DNA from: an uncultured Desulfatitalea sp.
GTDB lineage: Bacteria; Desulfobacterota; Desulfobacteria; Desulfobacterales; Desulfosarcinaceae
Reading direction: 5' to 3'
DNA: 64,000 nucleotides
Assembly (NCBI GenBank): GCA_963668675.2
Contig: CAXXMB010000002.1
Location: 2,784,001 to 2,848,000, forward strand
Part shown: positions 10,645 through 19,483 of the stretch, piece after piece
Numbering within the stretch: position 1 is the stretch's first letter
Layout of the letters: every line of letters starts with the position of its first letter
The notes under the pieces: generated by a model
What the model saw: the letters and a program-made list of their open reading frames with translations, nothing else
Databases searched by the model: none
What the model was told of the DNA's origin: nothing
Translations under genes and position numbers: made by a program

Positions 10645-12246
10645 ATGAGGAACCCAAGCGGTGGGAATCCAGTCAACAGTGATGCCATTCGACCTGAACT
10701 TGCCGAGTTGATCGAGCGAACCGCGTTAGGCCTTGATGAAAACAGGCCTCAGGCGGTTGTTAAAAGAAAGCAAAAAAACCAGCGGACCACCCGCGCCAAT
10801 CTGGACGCCTTTTGTGATCCCGGAAGTTTTATCGAATATGGGGCCTTGGCAATTGCCGCGCAGCGCGTTCGCAGAAAAGAAGAGGAGCTGAGAGTCAAGA
10901 CGCCGGCCGATGGCCTTATCGCAGGGATCGCGTCGGTCAATGGGGAGCTGTTTGGAGAAGAGAATGCCCGCTGCCTGATATTGGCATACGACTATACGGT
11001 GCTGGCCGGCACACAAGGTTACTTCAGCCATAAAAAGATGGACCGTATGTTGAAGCTGGCCCATGAACAGGAGATTCCGCTGGTGCTGTTTGCCGAGGGT
11101 GGCGGCGGAAGACCCGGCGATGTCGATGCCGGGGGCGTTACCATCGCAGGCCTGGATATCTCCACCTTCGCCCTGTTCGGCGGATTCAGCGGCAAAGCCC
11201 CCCTGGTTGGCATTGTATCCGGACCGTGCTTTGCCGGCAACGCCGCCCTTTTGGGGTGTTGTGACGTGATTATCGCCGCTAAAAATTCCAACATCGGGAT
11301 GGGCGGGCCGGTGATGATCGAAGGCGGCGGACTGGGCGTATTCAAACCGGAAGAGGTAGGGCCTATGGATGTCCAGGTCAACAATGGCGTTGTGGATATC
11401 GCAGTTGAAGATGATGTCGAAGCCGTTGCCGTGGCCAAAAAGTATCTCTCCTATTTCCAGGGCGCGATCACCGATTGGCAGGCCCCGGACCCGTTGGCAT
11501 TGCGCGACGTCATTCCGGAAAACCGCCGCCGCACCTACGACATGAAACGGGTCATCAACGGTATCGCTGATGTCGGTTCATTTCTGCAGCTTCGCCCCGA
11601 ATATGGAGTGGGCATGATCAACGGATTCATTCGTATCGAAGGTAAGCCGTTCGGCGTGATCGCCAACAACTGCCAATACATGGCCGGTGCCATCGAAGCA
11701 GATGATGCCGACAATGCGGCCCGCCTGATGCAGCTGTGCAATGTCCACGGTATTCCGATCCTGAGCCTGATCGACACCCCTGGATTCATGGTCGGCCCGG
11801 AGATCGAGACGCGCGCCCAGGTGCGCCACGTATGCCGTATGTTCGTACTCGGGTCGCATGTGTCAGTACCATACTTCTCGGTCGTCACCCGCAGAGGTTA
11901 CGGCCTCGGTGCAATGGCCATGGCAAAAGGTGGTTTCCACGAATCCGCATTTACGGCTTCGTGGCCCACCGGTGAGTTCGGCGGTATGGGGCTCGAAGGC
12001 GCCGTCAAAGCCGGCTTTAAAAAAGAACTTGCAGCCCAAAAGGACCCCGAAGCGAGGGAGGCCCTCTACAACAAACTGCTCAGCCAGCTTTATGAGCGCG
12101 GCAAAGCGGTCAATATGGCATCCTACCTGGAGATCGACGCGGTCATTGACCCGGCCGATACGCGTAAATGGATCATCAAGGGACTGATGTCGTCACCCAA
12201 CAGATGCGCTAAGGAAGCAAATCTGCCCTACATCGATCCGGTTTAG
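10645..12246 (+). CDS. Acyl-CoA carboxylase carboxyltransferase subunit
   Basis: YDYTVLAGTQG, EGGGGRPGD, GPCFAGNA, DTPGFMVG. Confidence 0.9.
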   Translation: MRNPSGGNPVNSDAIRPELAELIERTALGLDENRPQAVVKRKQKNQRTTRANLDAFCDPGSFIEYGALAIAAQRVRRKEEELRVKTPADGLIAGIASVNGELFGEENARCLILAYDYTVLAGTQGYFSHKKMDRMLKLAHEQEIPLVLFAEGGGGRPGDVDAGGVTIAGLDISTFALFGGFSGKAPLVGIVSGPCFAGNAALLGCCDVIIAAKNSNIGMGGPVMIEGGGLGVFKPEEVGPMDVQVNNGVVDIAVEDDVEAVAVAKKYLSYFQGAITDWQAPDPLALRDVIPENRRRTYDMKRVINGIADVGSFLQLRPEYGVGMINGFIRIEGKPFGVIANNCQYMAGAIEADDADNAARLMQLCNVHGIPILSLIDTPGFMVGPEIETRAQVRHVCRMFVLGSHVSVPYFSVVTRRGYGLGAMAMAKGGFHESAFTASWPTGEFGGMGLEGAVKAGFKKELAAQKDPEAREALYNKLLSQLYERGKAVNMASYLEIDAVIDPADTRKWIIKGLMSSPNRCAKEANLPYIDPV

Positions 12247-12289
12247 TGGCATACTGCGGCGATCCGGTTATTCTTCATTTTGAACATCA

Positions 12290-12323
12290 AAAGGGCAGAG
12301 CCTCATGCGAGGCCCTGCCCTTT
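12290..12323. terminator. Probable bidirectional rho-independent terminator
   Basis: AAAGGGCAGAGCCTC-ATGC-GAGGCCCTGCCCTTT hairpin between converging genes. Confidence 0.7.
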
Positions 12324-12390
12324 GTGCCGTTTAGTTTATATATCGCTATGTTTGCCCTAAGCGATGAAGCTCTGCCGTTGCTCAATCGTG

Positions 12391-12483
12391 CTACAGTCTG
12401 CAGCTTGCAGTTGCCAAGCGGTCGTTGATGCACTGATTGATGAAGTATCCAATAACACCTATCGTCAACATGATACCGATCAT
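12391..12483 (-). CDS. Small hydrophobic protein, 30 aa (MIGIMLTIGVIGYFINQCINDRLATASCRL); not in the ORF track
   Basis: AAAGGAGG RBS 7 nt before ATG; follows the 44-aa ORF and precedes a terminator. Confidence 0.5.
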   Translation of the reverse strand: MIGIMLTIGVIGYFINQCINDRLATASCRL

Positions 12484-12501
12484 AACGCACCCTCCTTTCG
12501 C

Positions 12502-12636
12502 CTATCCCTGGACGTCGATCCCCAGATCACAGCCCAGATGCTCATCAGGGTTTCCGCAGCTGAAATTGGCTTCGCGGGTATCTACGTGTCCTTCGCTGGT
12601 CTCGTCAAAGTAGTCTTGAGTTTTATTTTCCGCCAT
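12502..12636 (-). CDS. Small acidic protein, 44 aa (MAENKTQDYFDETSEGHVDTREANFSCGNPDEHLGCDLGIDVQG); not in the ORF track
   Basis: GAGGTGA RBS before ATG; AT-rich promoter-like region upstream. Confidence 0.55.
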   Translation of the reverse strand: MAENKTQDYFDETSEGHVDTREANFSCGNPDEHLGCDLGIDVQG

Positions 12637-12850
12637 GATGTCACCTCACTGGTTGAATGTTGGGTTGATGCAGAACGTTGTCTGTCTGTTAAATATAAGT
12701 TACGGCATCATGGGGAATGTACAATATGGATCGATTGATCGTTTATTGACAGGCAAAACCTACCAATATGGGAGAGGAGAGGGGCAGGGGTACACCGTAC
12801 GGGCAATCAAATGCAGACCCGCCCTTTTTGCTTGTGCTAACGGGTGCTCT

Positions 12851-13504
12851 CTATCCCTGGAAAATCTTAAGGAAATCATCGGCCTCTTTGATTGAATGTC
12901 CGATATCGCGAATCAACCGATCGATATCGGCTTCGATGCTGTCTACTTCTCCTTTCAGACTGCCGATGGCCTGGGCATTCAAGTTGTGCTTCAGATAGAG
13001 CACATAGTCATTCTGGGTAGTCAATATCGGCGTCATGCGCGCCCTGGCGGTGTTCATGGCCCTGTCCAGGCGTGCAAACCTTGCCTTGGTCGCCTTGAGC
13101 TTTTGATGGCTTTTGGTTCTAAACTCACGCTTCTGAATTTGTTCGATTTCACTTTCCCATTCGGTGAAAAGATCCTGTGCAACCCGCTCCACCTTTTTTA
13201 TCCTCTCTTCTAACTGCCCCGCACGCTCTTGGCAGTTTCCAAAATCATCGGAGAGCCGATTGTAAGCCTTTTCAAGATCTCCACCCTCAAATCCGTTGAA
13301 CTCTTTCAGGCGCGTCAGAGCATCCTTAAACGCTTCGGACGCTTCTATCTGATCGTCGCGTGCGTTTTCGATCTGGTCCTTCAACAGATGCCTTTTCTCC
13401 TTGCCCAGCTTTTCCCAGACAGCATAGTAGGTCGATTGGCATCCCGCCAGCGAGACCAAGATGGCCACTAAAAGCAAACAGCAAAACAGGTTTCGATTTT
13501 TCAT
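12851..13504 (-). CDS. DUF2959 family lipoprotein
   Basis: LAGC lipobox, YYAVWEKLGKEKRHLL and VLYLKHNLNAQAIGSL. Confidence 0.8.
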   Translation of the reverse strand: MKNRNLFCCLLLVAILVSLAGCQSTYYAVWEKLGKEKRHLLKDQIENARDDQIEASEAFKDALTRLKEFNGFEGGDLEKAYNRLSDDFGNCQERAGQLEERIKKVERVAQDLFTEWESEIEQIQKREFRTKSHQKLKATKARFARLDRAMNTARARMTPILTTQNDYVLYLKHNLNAQAIGSLKGEVDSIEADIDRLIRDIGHSIKEADDFLKIFQG

Positions 13505-13656
13505 CTTAAATGCCTCGTGGTATTCAAATTGGTAGCCCAACAATGATTGCCCTTGTATCTTCATCAGTAGATTTTTTCAACAACTACGCCACACCTTGCG
13601 GCCAAGTCAACACAAAGCCTGGTTATTCTCTTTGTTATCCGATTCCAAACCTCCTG

Positions 13657-16600
13657 TTAACCCGTATCGTAGTCGTTGAGGCAGTAGTAACATCCATTAT
13701 AGCCTTGGCGAATAGCTTCCTCGATAGAGCTGAAGCTTACTTTATTGTGATTGGCCATCAGATCCACCCATTCGCAATCCTTAAGGTGCAGCTCTTTGGT
13801 ACGGGAATTGCCGATATAAGCGCGCGTATCAATAGCGTAGACCCAACCGTCTCGGGCGCCGGCCATCAGATCGTTCCCAATCATTGTCAGGCACGTCACG
13901 GCGCCTAGCGTTTCTCGAAACCAACGCGTATTTCCGGTAGCCGGGTCAAGCGCGAAGACACCATGCCATGAGCCGACATATAAGGTTTCTGTGCCTTCGG
14001 CCAGAATACATTCGATTCGATCCCCAATGTCTCTTTGCCAATCGATAGCGCCGCTGGTTCTGTCGTAACGAAAGAGTTGACCGTCTCCCAAGCCGACAAA
14101 TAGGGTATCACCATATGAGACCAGTGAAATCGCTGATGCACTCATACCAGTGACTTTCCATATTTGATTGCCGTTTTCGTCAGTGGCGTGAAGTTCACGA
14201 TTGCGGCTGGCGGCGAATACCTTGCCGTCCTGGGACACACACATGGCAACGATGCCCCACTCCCAAGAAGGACCCACCTCATACGCCCAATTTGTGTTGC
14301 CGTTGGTTTTTTGCAATCGTGTCACTTTGATACCGTTGTCGGTGGTGGTGGCGTAGAGATAGTCGCCATGCAGCTTGACGTAGTTGCAGGTGCCGAGGTC
14401 ACTGCGGTCCCAATACGATGCACCGGTTTCGGTGTGTACACTATGAACGCCAACATCTCGCATGCCGGCATAAGCGATATTGGCGTTGAGGTCCCAATCG
14501 ATGCTGAAAACCTCTTCGGGCAATGTCCAGCTGCGCAGCTCTGTGCCTTGTCGATTGTACAATATAAGGTTTTTACTTCCTTTTGTGCGCACTCCTGCTA
14601 GTACACGGCCATTCGCATCCGCAGTCAGATCCTGAATGGTGCCGCCGTGGGAGTGAAACCAATCTGGGTTGTAGGCGTCTGTCTTGAAGGCAATGAGTGC
14701 ATTGCTGGCCGAGGCACAGAAGGAACTGGCCGACATTTTCACGATATCGTAAACATAGCCCCGGGAAATCCTGTATTTCCAAGGTGACACGGGCTCAGAT
14801 ACCTTTTGTGCTTCTCCAATGTAAGGCACGAAATTTTCACTGGTGACAACGATATTCAATTTTCCCGGGTGCGCCTCGCGTGTCTCGAAGGCATAGTAAC
14901 CGCTGGTGGCCCAGACTTGGCGGAAAACGATTTTATCGTTCGGATCGCTGTCGGAAATCTGAGTGATGCTGACATGAACATTGGTCAGCGCTTTCTGTTC
15001 ATGAAAGACGCGCACCACCAAATCGTCACGGCCGTAGACGATACTGCAATGGGAGACCGTCATCATTTCAGGTGTCTCACGGTAGAGCGGCAATTCCGGA
15101 TCACCCATCAGACTCATGAGATAGATCTGCCATTTTCCTACCAGATCCTTGCCAACTTCTCGGGCATGATCCAGCATACTGCCGAGATGTGCCTGGCCAG
15201 GTAAGGATAGCGCCTCCCAAAATGGGAGCTCTTGGCTCCAGCCCACGGCGCCCATCCGCGCGTAACCGACATAACCGATGGCACCGCCCCCACCCCAGCG
15301 CACGACTTTTTTCCCAAAACAGACTTCATGAGGTTTACCGGCCTGGGCACCGCCAATGCGATTATAGTCCGTCCACAAATCCAGATCGAATTCGTTGGTC
15401 AAGCAGGAATCAACAAAATAGATAGAGAAGTGCGGCCAATTGTTCATGCCGGCGACGTTCACCCAATTGGGATCGGTGGAACTGAAACCAGCGGTACCGT
15501 CCCACCAACCGTGGCCGCTCACACTGAGGAAATGGGGACCTTCATTGACGGCGCTTTTCAAATCGGCAATGTGGGCAACGTCATTGACCGATAGATTGGA
15601 TTCAATCTGGTTCACGAAGTAGATGTCTTCGTAAAAACGTTTGATGACGTCCACTTCGGTAATATCGCGCATCAGATCGATAACGTTCTCCTTGTCCTGA
15701 CAGGCACCGTCGAGATTGGCCCATCGAATCTTATCAAAACTGCCGTCGTGCCAACCCGAGCCCCAGGTGCCTGCTACACAGAATAGCCGTCGTGGCTGAA
15801 TAAATGCCAAGGGGTTATCGGTGCGTCGATCGCGGAACTGTTCATAAGTGAGCACTTTGTCGACATAATCCTTGGCTTGCTGCCTGTCGCGAACCGGGGC
15901 GCGGCCCACAGAGATGTCGGCAGTGAAATCGATGCCGTCGGGATTGCCGCCGTCCCACCAGCCGTAGAAACCGTTGTCATCATTGTCCCAATCGTGAAGA
16001 CCCGTCTGTGAGTATAGCGGGCTGTCGATAGAAGCGTAATAGAGATCCGTGGGGATCATATTGGCATACTGTGGCACGGTGAAGGTGCATGATAACAGGG
16101 CGCTGCCGCCACGAATAGTGATATGACGTGTGGGATTGACAGACGTGGTGGTAAAATCCGCCAGGGTCCAATACCAGCCTGGATTGGATGTAGTGGCATT
16201 GGCGCGGTACCGGATGACATCGGTGTTATCGACGGCGAAGAACACATCGGCCGTGGAAAATTCAAAGGGGCTGTGATAGCGGAGACTCGGCATGCCGCTG
16301 TCGTAATACATTTTGTTTTCATCCGGTGTGGCGTTATTTTTTTTCTCTATGTAGAACCAGTTGATGTTGCCCAGTATATGACGTACCGGCACGATATTGA
16401 TATCACCGCCGAGCAGGCACCACTGTGTATTCCATCGCCGCAGCGCATCTTTCAGAAAATTGCGGATCGCTTCCGGCACGCCCCGGGTAACACCTGTTTG
16501 CCAGTGACTGCCGAAACGATTGGCCATGATATCGGAAACAGTGATGACCCTGGCGCGCAATCCTTTCATGGTTTTCCAGCGGGCAAGCTCTTCAAATTCT

Positions 16601-17487
16601 TCAGCCAGGTCATCGATATACCCGCCCTTGGTGCCAGCTTCGTCCCATTCGTAATTGTCTGTGATGATGAGATAGGGCCAGTCTCCCTGTGCCGCTTTCA
16701 TCAGAACTTCGGCAGGCAGAAACAGGCGATCGTTTTCCACCACGGGATAGTGGGTGTAAACAGCCCTCGAGGCGTGAAACGTTGGCTCCGTGGGGCTCAC
16801 CGGTTTGATGTCATCAAAACCGACTATATCTTTTGCTATCTTGATTTTCAAATCTTCGGGATTGGCCACTAAAGAGATCAATTTCTTAATTTCGGCATTG
16901 ATACGCAGAGGGCTTTTACTTCGCGGTTCGACGGGCAATTCGCTGATTCGGTAGGAGATACCGAGGGTGCCGCTTTCGAGGTAGTGGATCACCCCTTCCT
17001 TAGGACGGTAGCGCAAGGGATGAATACGGATGGCGGCAACACACCGGCCTGCATAGTAGTCCACTGCAGAAACCTCGGCATCGATCAGCGCAATCTCATC
17101 CAGGTGAGCCACTTGAGAATTCATGGCTTGAAAGCCAGCAACGTCAACATATTCAATCGTTTCCATCGGAGGCAAAGGCAATCCCTTTTTTGTCTCCAAG
17201 GTTTCCGCGGCGGGACGAAGCGGCTGAGCCGGCAGCAACGTGTATTTGTCCGGTAGTGCCGTCCAACTGGCGCTTTCTATGGTCACATTGATATCTTTTG
17301 CCCCATTCGGTAAAACAAAATACCGAATAGCAAAGGGAAGTGTCGGCCAGCCGATCCGTTCGGTCAATCCGCCATTTTTTAAAAGGATAAGGTCATAGTC
17401 GTACGATCTGCTTCTTCGGAAATCGTCCTCTGAAAATGCAAGAGGATAAGATAGCTGTTGATGCTCAGATGCGTCGCCGTTGCCCAT
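13657..17487 (-). CDS. C25 (gingipain-family) cysteine peptidase with propeptide, PQQ-like beta-propeller and C-terminal Ada-type Zn-binding-like domain
   Basis: YLIIT, LLGGD, TDLYY, SVGRAP, SGHG (His), DSCLT (Cys), LMGDPEL; W-rich propeller repeats; terminal YIGN...C...GYNGCYYC. Confidence 0.8.
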   Translation of the reverse strand: MGNGDASEHQQLSYPLAFSEDDFRRSRSYDYDLILLKNGGLTERIGWPTLPFAIRYFVLPNGAKDINVTIESASWTALPDKYTLLPAQPLRPAAETLETKKGLPLPPMETIEYVDVAGFQAMNSQVAHLDEIALIDAEVSAVDYYAGRCVAAIRIHPLRYRPKEGVIHYLESGTLGISYRISELPVEPRSKSPLRINAEIKKLISLVANPEDLKIKIAKDIVGFDDIKPVSPTEPTFHASRAVYTHYPVVENDRLFLPAEVLMKAAQGDWPYLIITDNYEWDEAGTKGGYIDDLAEEFEELARWKTMKGLRARVITVSDIMANRFGSHWQTGVTRGVPEAIRNFLKDALRRWNTQWCLLGGDINIVPVRHILGNINWFYIEKKNNATPDENKMYYDSGMPSLRYHSPFEFSTADVFFAVDNTDVIRYRANATTSNPGWYWTLADFTTTSVNPTRHITIRGGSALLSCTFTVPQYANMIPTDLYYASIDSPLYSQTGLHDWDNDDNGFYGWWDGGNPDGIDFTADISVGRAPVRDRQQAKDYVDKVLTYEQFRDRRTDNPLAFIQPRRLFCVAGTWGSGWHDGSFDKIRWANLDGACQDKENVIDLMRDITEVDVIKRFYEDIYFVNQIESNLSVNDVAHIADLKSAVNEGPHFLSVSGHGWWDGTAGFSSTDPNWVNVAGMNNWPHFSIYFVDSCLTNEFDLDLWTDYNRIGGAQAGKPHEVCFGKKVVRWGGGGAIGYVGYARMGAVGWSQELPFWEALSLPGQAHLGSMLDHAREVGKDLVGKWQIYLMSLMGDPELPLYRETPEMMTVSHCSIVYGRDDLVVRVFHEQKALTNVHVSITQISDSDPNDKIVFRQVWATSGYYAFETREAHPGKLNIVVTSENFVPYIGEAQKVSEPVSPWKYRISRGYVYDIVKMSASSFCASASNALIAFKTDAYNPDWFHSHGGTIQDLTADANGRVLAGVRTKGSKNLILYNRQGTELRSWTLPEEVFSIDWDLNANIAYAGMRDVGVHSVHTETGASYWDRSDLGTCNYVKLHGDYLYATTTDNGIKVTRLQKTNGNTNWAYEVGPSWEWGIVAMCVSQDGKVFAASRNRELHATDENGNQIWKVTGMSASAISLVSYGDTLFVGLGDGQLFRYDRTSGAIDWQRDIGDRIECILAEGTETLYVGSWHGVFALDPATGNTRWFRETLGAVTCLTMIGNDLMAGARDGWVYAIDTRAYIGNSRTKELHLKDCEWVDLMANHNKVSFSSIEEAIRQGYNGCYYCLNDYDTG

Positions 17488-17594
17488 GGATCCTCCTTTT
17501 CAGGCCTCCATCAGCCGGTGATATACCCTCCTGAGGCACTATTGTCAGCCGTTGCAGCCGTGCCATGTGGTGCGCCGTCCTGGTTTCGACCACC

Positions 17595-18284
17595 TTAGCG
17601 GATAGTGCCGGGTTTTATCTCTTTGGCGAATCTCTTCAATATGCGTAAGGCCTCATCCGCTGAATAGGCTTTGCCGTTGTCCATACCGTAGCGTTCGGGG
17701 TTGACCATGGCCGGTATCAGGAATTCTCTGTCATCTGACTGCAGGTAAACGAATGTGGCCAGAAGCGATGGCGCATGTACGATAAAGGAAGTATATCCAT
17801 CTCTCATCCCCTTGGCTTCGGCTATGGCCTTCGTTTTGGTGCCCACAGCCCAGACCTCTTGCGCTTTGAGGGTATCGCCAAACTCGCCGGGCTTCCATTG
17901 TCCATCGATACGGACCGTCTCGATTTTGGTCCTGAAAGTATCGCCAACCATGACCGGAAACCACATTATGCCCGGGTCCCGCAACATCTTCTTCGCCCCA
18001 CTTCCGGGTTGGTAATCCTTTACGGCTGAAAGATCGAGCATCTTGACCGGATAAGGCTTGCCGATGCGGGCCGCTTTCGCGTCGTCGAGATTTTTAAATC
18101 CAAAGGTGGCCGCATTTTTCTCTGTTAGTCCGTATTGAATATAGTTGGCAAGGGCCTCATTGCTGATTTTGATTGCCTCTTTCTGGTTGGCTATCTGGTC
18201 TGTGGCTGATCCACCCATTGGGAATATCAGGAATGACAGAATCAGCGCGACCAGCATAATGGCTGTCGATTTTGCTCTCTTCAT
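17595..18284 (-). CDS. Secreted hypothetical protein, possible protease pro-domain or chaperone
   Basis: Signal peptide MKRAKSTAIMLVALILSFLIF; GGAGG RBS; lies between two protease genes. Confidence 0.65.
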   Translation of the reverse strand: MKRAKSTAIMLVALILSFLIFPMGGSATDQIANQKEAIKISNEALANYIQYGLTEKNAATFGFKNLDDAKAARIGKPYPVKMLDLSAVKDYQPGSGAKKMLRDPGIMWFPVMVGDTFRTKIETVRIDGQWKPGEFGDTLKAQEVWAVGTKTKAIAEAKGMRDGYTSFIVHAPSLLATFVYLQSDDREFLIPAMVNPERYGMDNGKAYSADEALRILKRFAKEIKPGTIR

Positions 18285-18312
18285 TGCGCTATCCTCCAAT
18301 CCACTAAAGTCG

Positions 18313-18999
18313 TCATGGCCCCGTGTGTTTAAATTGATAAAAAGAGTCTTCCCACTTGCGATTGCCGCTTTGCTTAAATGACTCGTATGTGGCTAAAACC
18401 GCTGCACCGCCGGTCGCGGCTTGTTGGCATTGATTGAGGGCGTTTAACGAGCAATCCATGGGGGCCGGGTTATTGTAAAAAACGAGATCCATATTTAAGG
18501 TGGTTAGCCTGATTTCACTGTAACCGGTAATGGTGACGACATGGCCGTTGGTTCGCATTCCCATTCCATCATACCACCACCAGACGGCTTGGATGGGGCT
18601 TTTCCGGCAATGAGACTGTTTGGAAAGCGTCTTTTTCACGTCGCCCCAGGATAGCGCTGAGCTATCATGCCGATAAGTGAAATTCCAGTGGGTCCAGTTG
18701 TTTTGGATGTCGGTAATTGTCGCACCCCACGCCCCTCCCCAGCCCGGACAGTTTCCAATACATCCGGTACAGCAGTTCGGCGGTGTGCCATGTATAAAAT
18801 TGGCGGAGTCGCATTGCTGTACGCGGTGGCCGTAGTAATCAGAAACCATTTCCGTGGTAGCCGCCCAACACCACCAGTCGCGATGTTGCGGAAACAGATT
18901 CACAGCATGCGAATCCGAGGGCAGCGGAGAACAACATCCGCTGAACCACCCCGCCATCAGCAGGATGAGCGCAATGGCAATAATCCGTTTAGCGACCAT
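18313..18999 (-). CDS. Lipoprotein with papain-like (C39/C47/C70-type) cysteine peptidase domain
   Basis: Lipobox FSGC; Q-x4-WCWAA (catalytic Cys), GHVVTITGY (His), YNNP. Confidence 0.75.
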   Translation of the reverse strand: MVAKRIIAIALILLMAGWFSGCCSPLPSDSHAVNLFPQHRDWWCWAATTEMVSDYYGHRVQQCDSANFIHGTPPNCCTGCIGNCPGWGGAWGATITDIQNNWTHWNFTYRHDSSALSWGDVKKTLSKQSHCRKSPIQAVWWWYDGMGMRTNGHVVTITGYSEIRLTTLNMDLVFYNNPAPMDCSLNALNQCQQAATGGAAVLATYESFKQSGNRKWEDSFYQFKHTGP

Positions 19000-19483
19000 C
19001 TTTCCCTCCTTTCATGATGAGTGCTGATTCCTGAACCTTCCTTGCCGAATTTTTAAGTATGGAAGTGCTCGTGATAGATGCTTGACCGAAAGCTGATGGC
19101 TTACAAATAAGGACGAATTCGTCAGAGGACTGAAATCAAGTGGATCTGCCCCGGCAACACGGGTGCGGTTGGCCAGGGACCGAGTTCTGAAAGCATTGAT
19201 ATGCGGAGCAATGGCAATTCATGTGAAAAACCCGCCCATACATCTCATGCGATTTTTGGTAGTGCGGCAAGGACCCCTTATATTTTTTTCCTGACACTGT
19301 TTCGCTTGATTTGCAACTGGAAAAACCGGCGCTGTGACTTTCGTCACAGTAAGCGTCATCGACCAAAGGCCGAAACGGTGAAAAATGTATCAGCTTCAAG
19401 CATTCAAGCAAGGACCATCAACTTGGAATATCAAAGATAAGGTCTTGGGATAAACTCCTCGACTCCTGAACCAAATAGCTTAA

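Noticed and set aside
19325..19360. GAAA-tetraloop hairpin upstream of the protease operon as a c-di-GMP riboswitch
   Set aside because: The hairpin is real (CTGTGAC-GAAA-GTCACAG on the minus strand), but the flanking GGCAAAC/GACGCAAAGC consensus and second stem are absent; an Rfam scan would settle it
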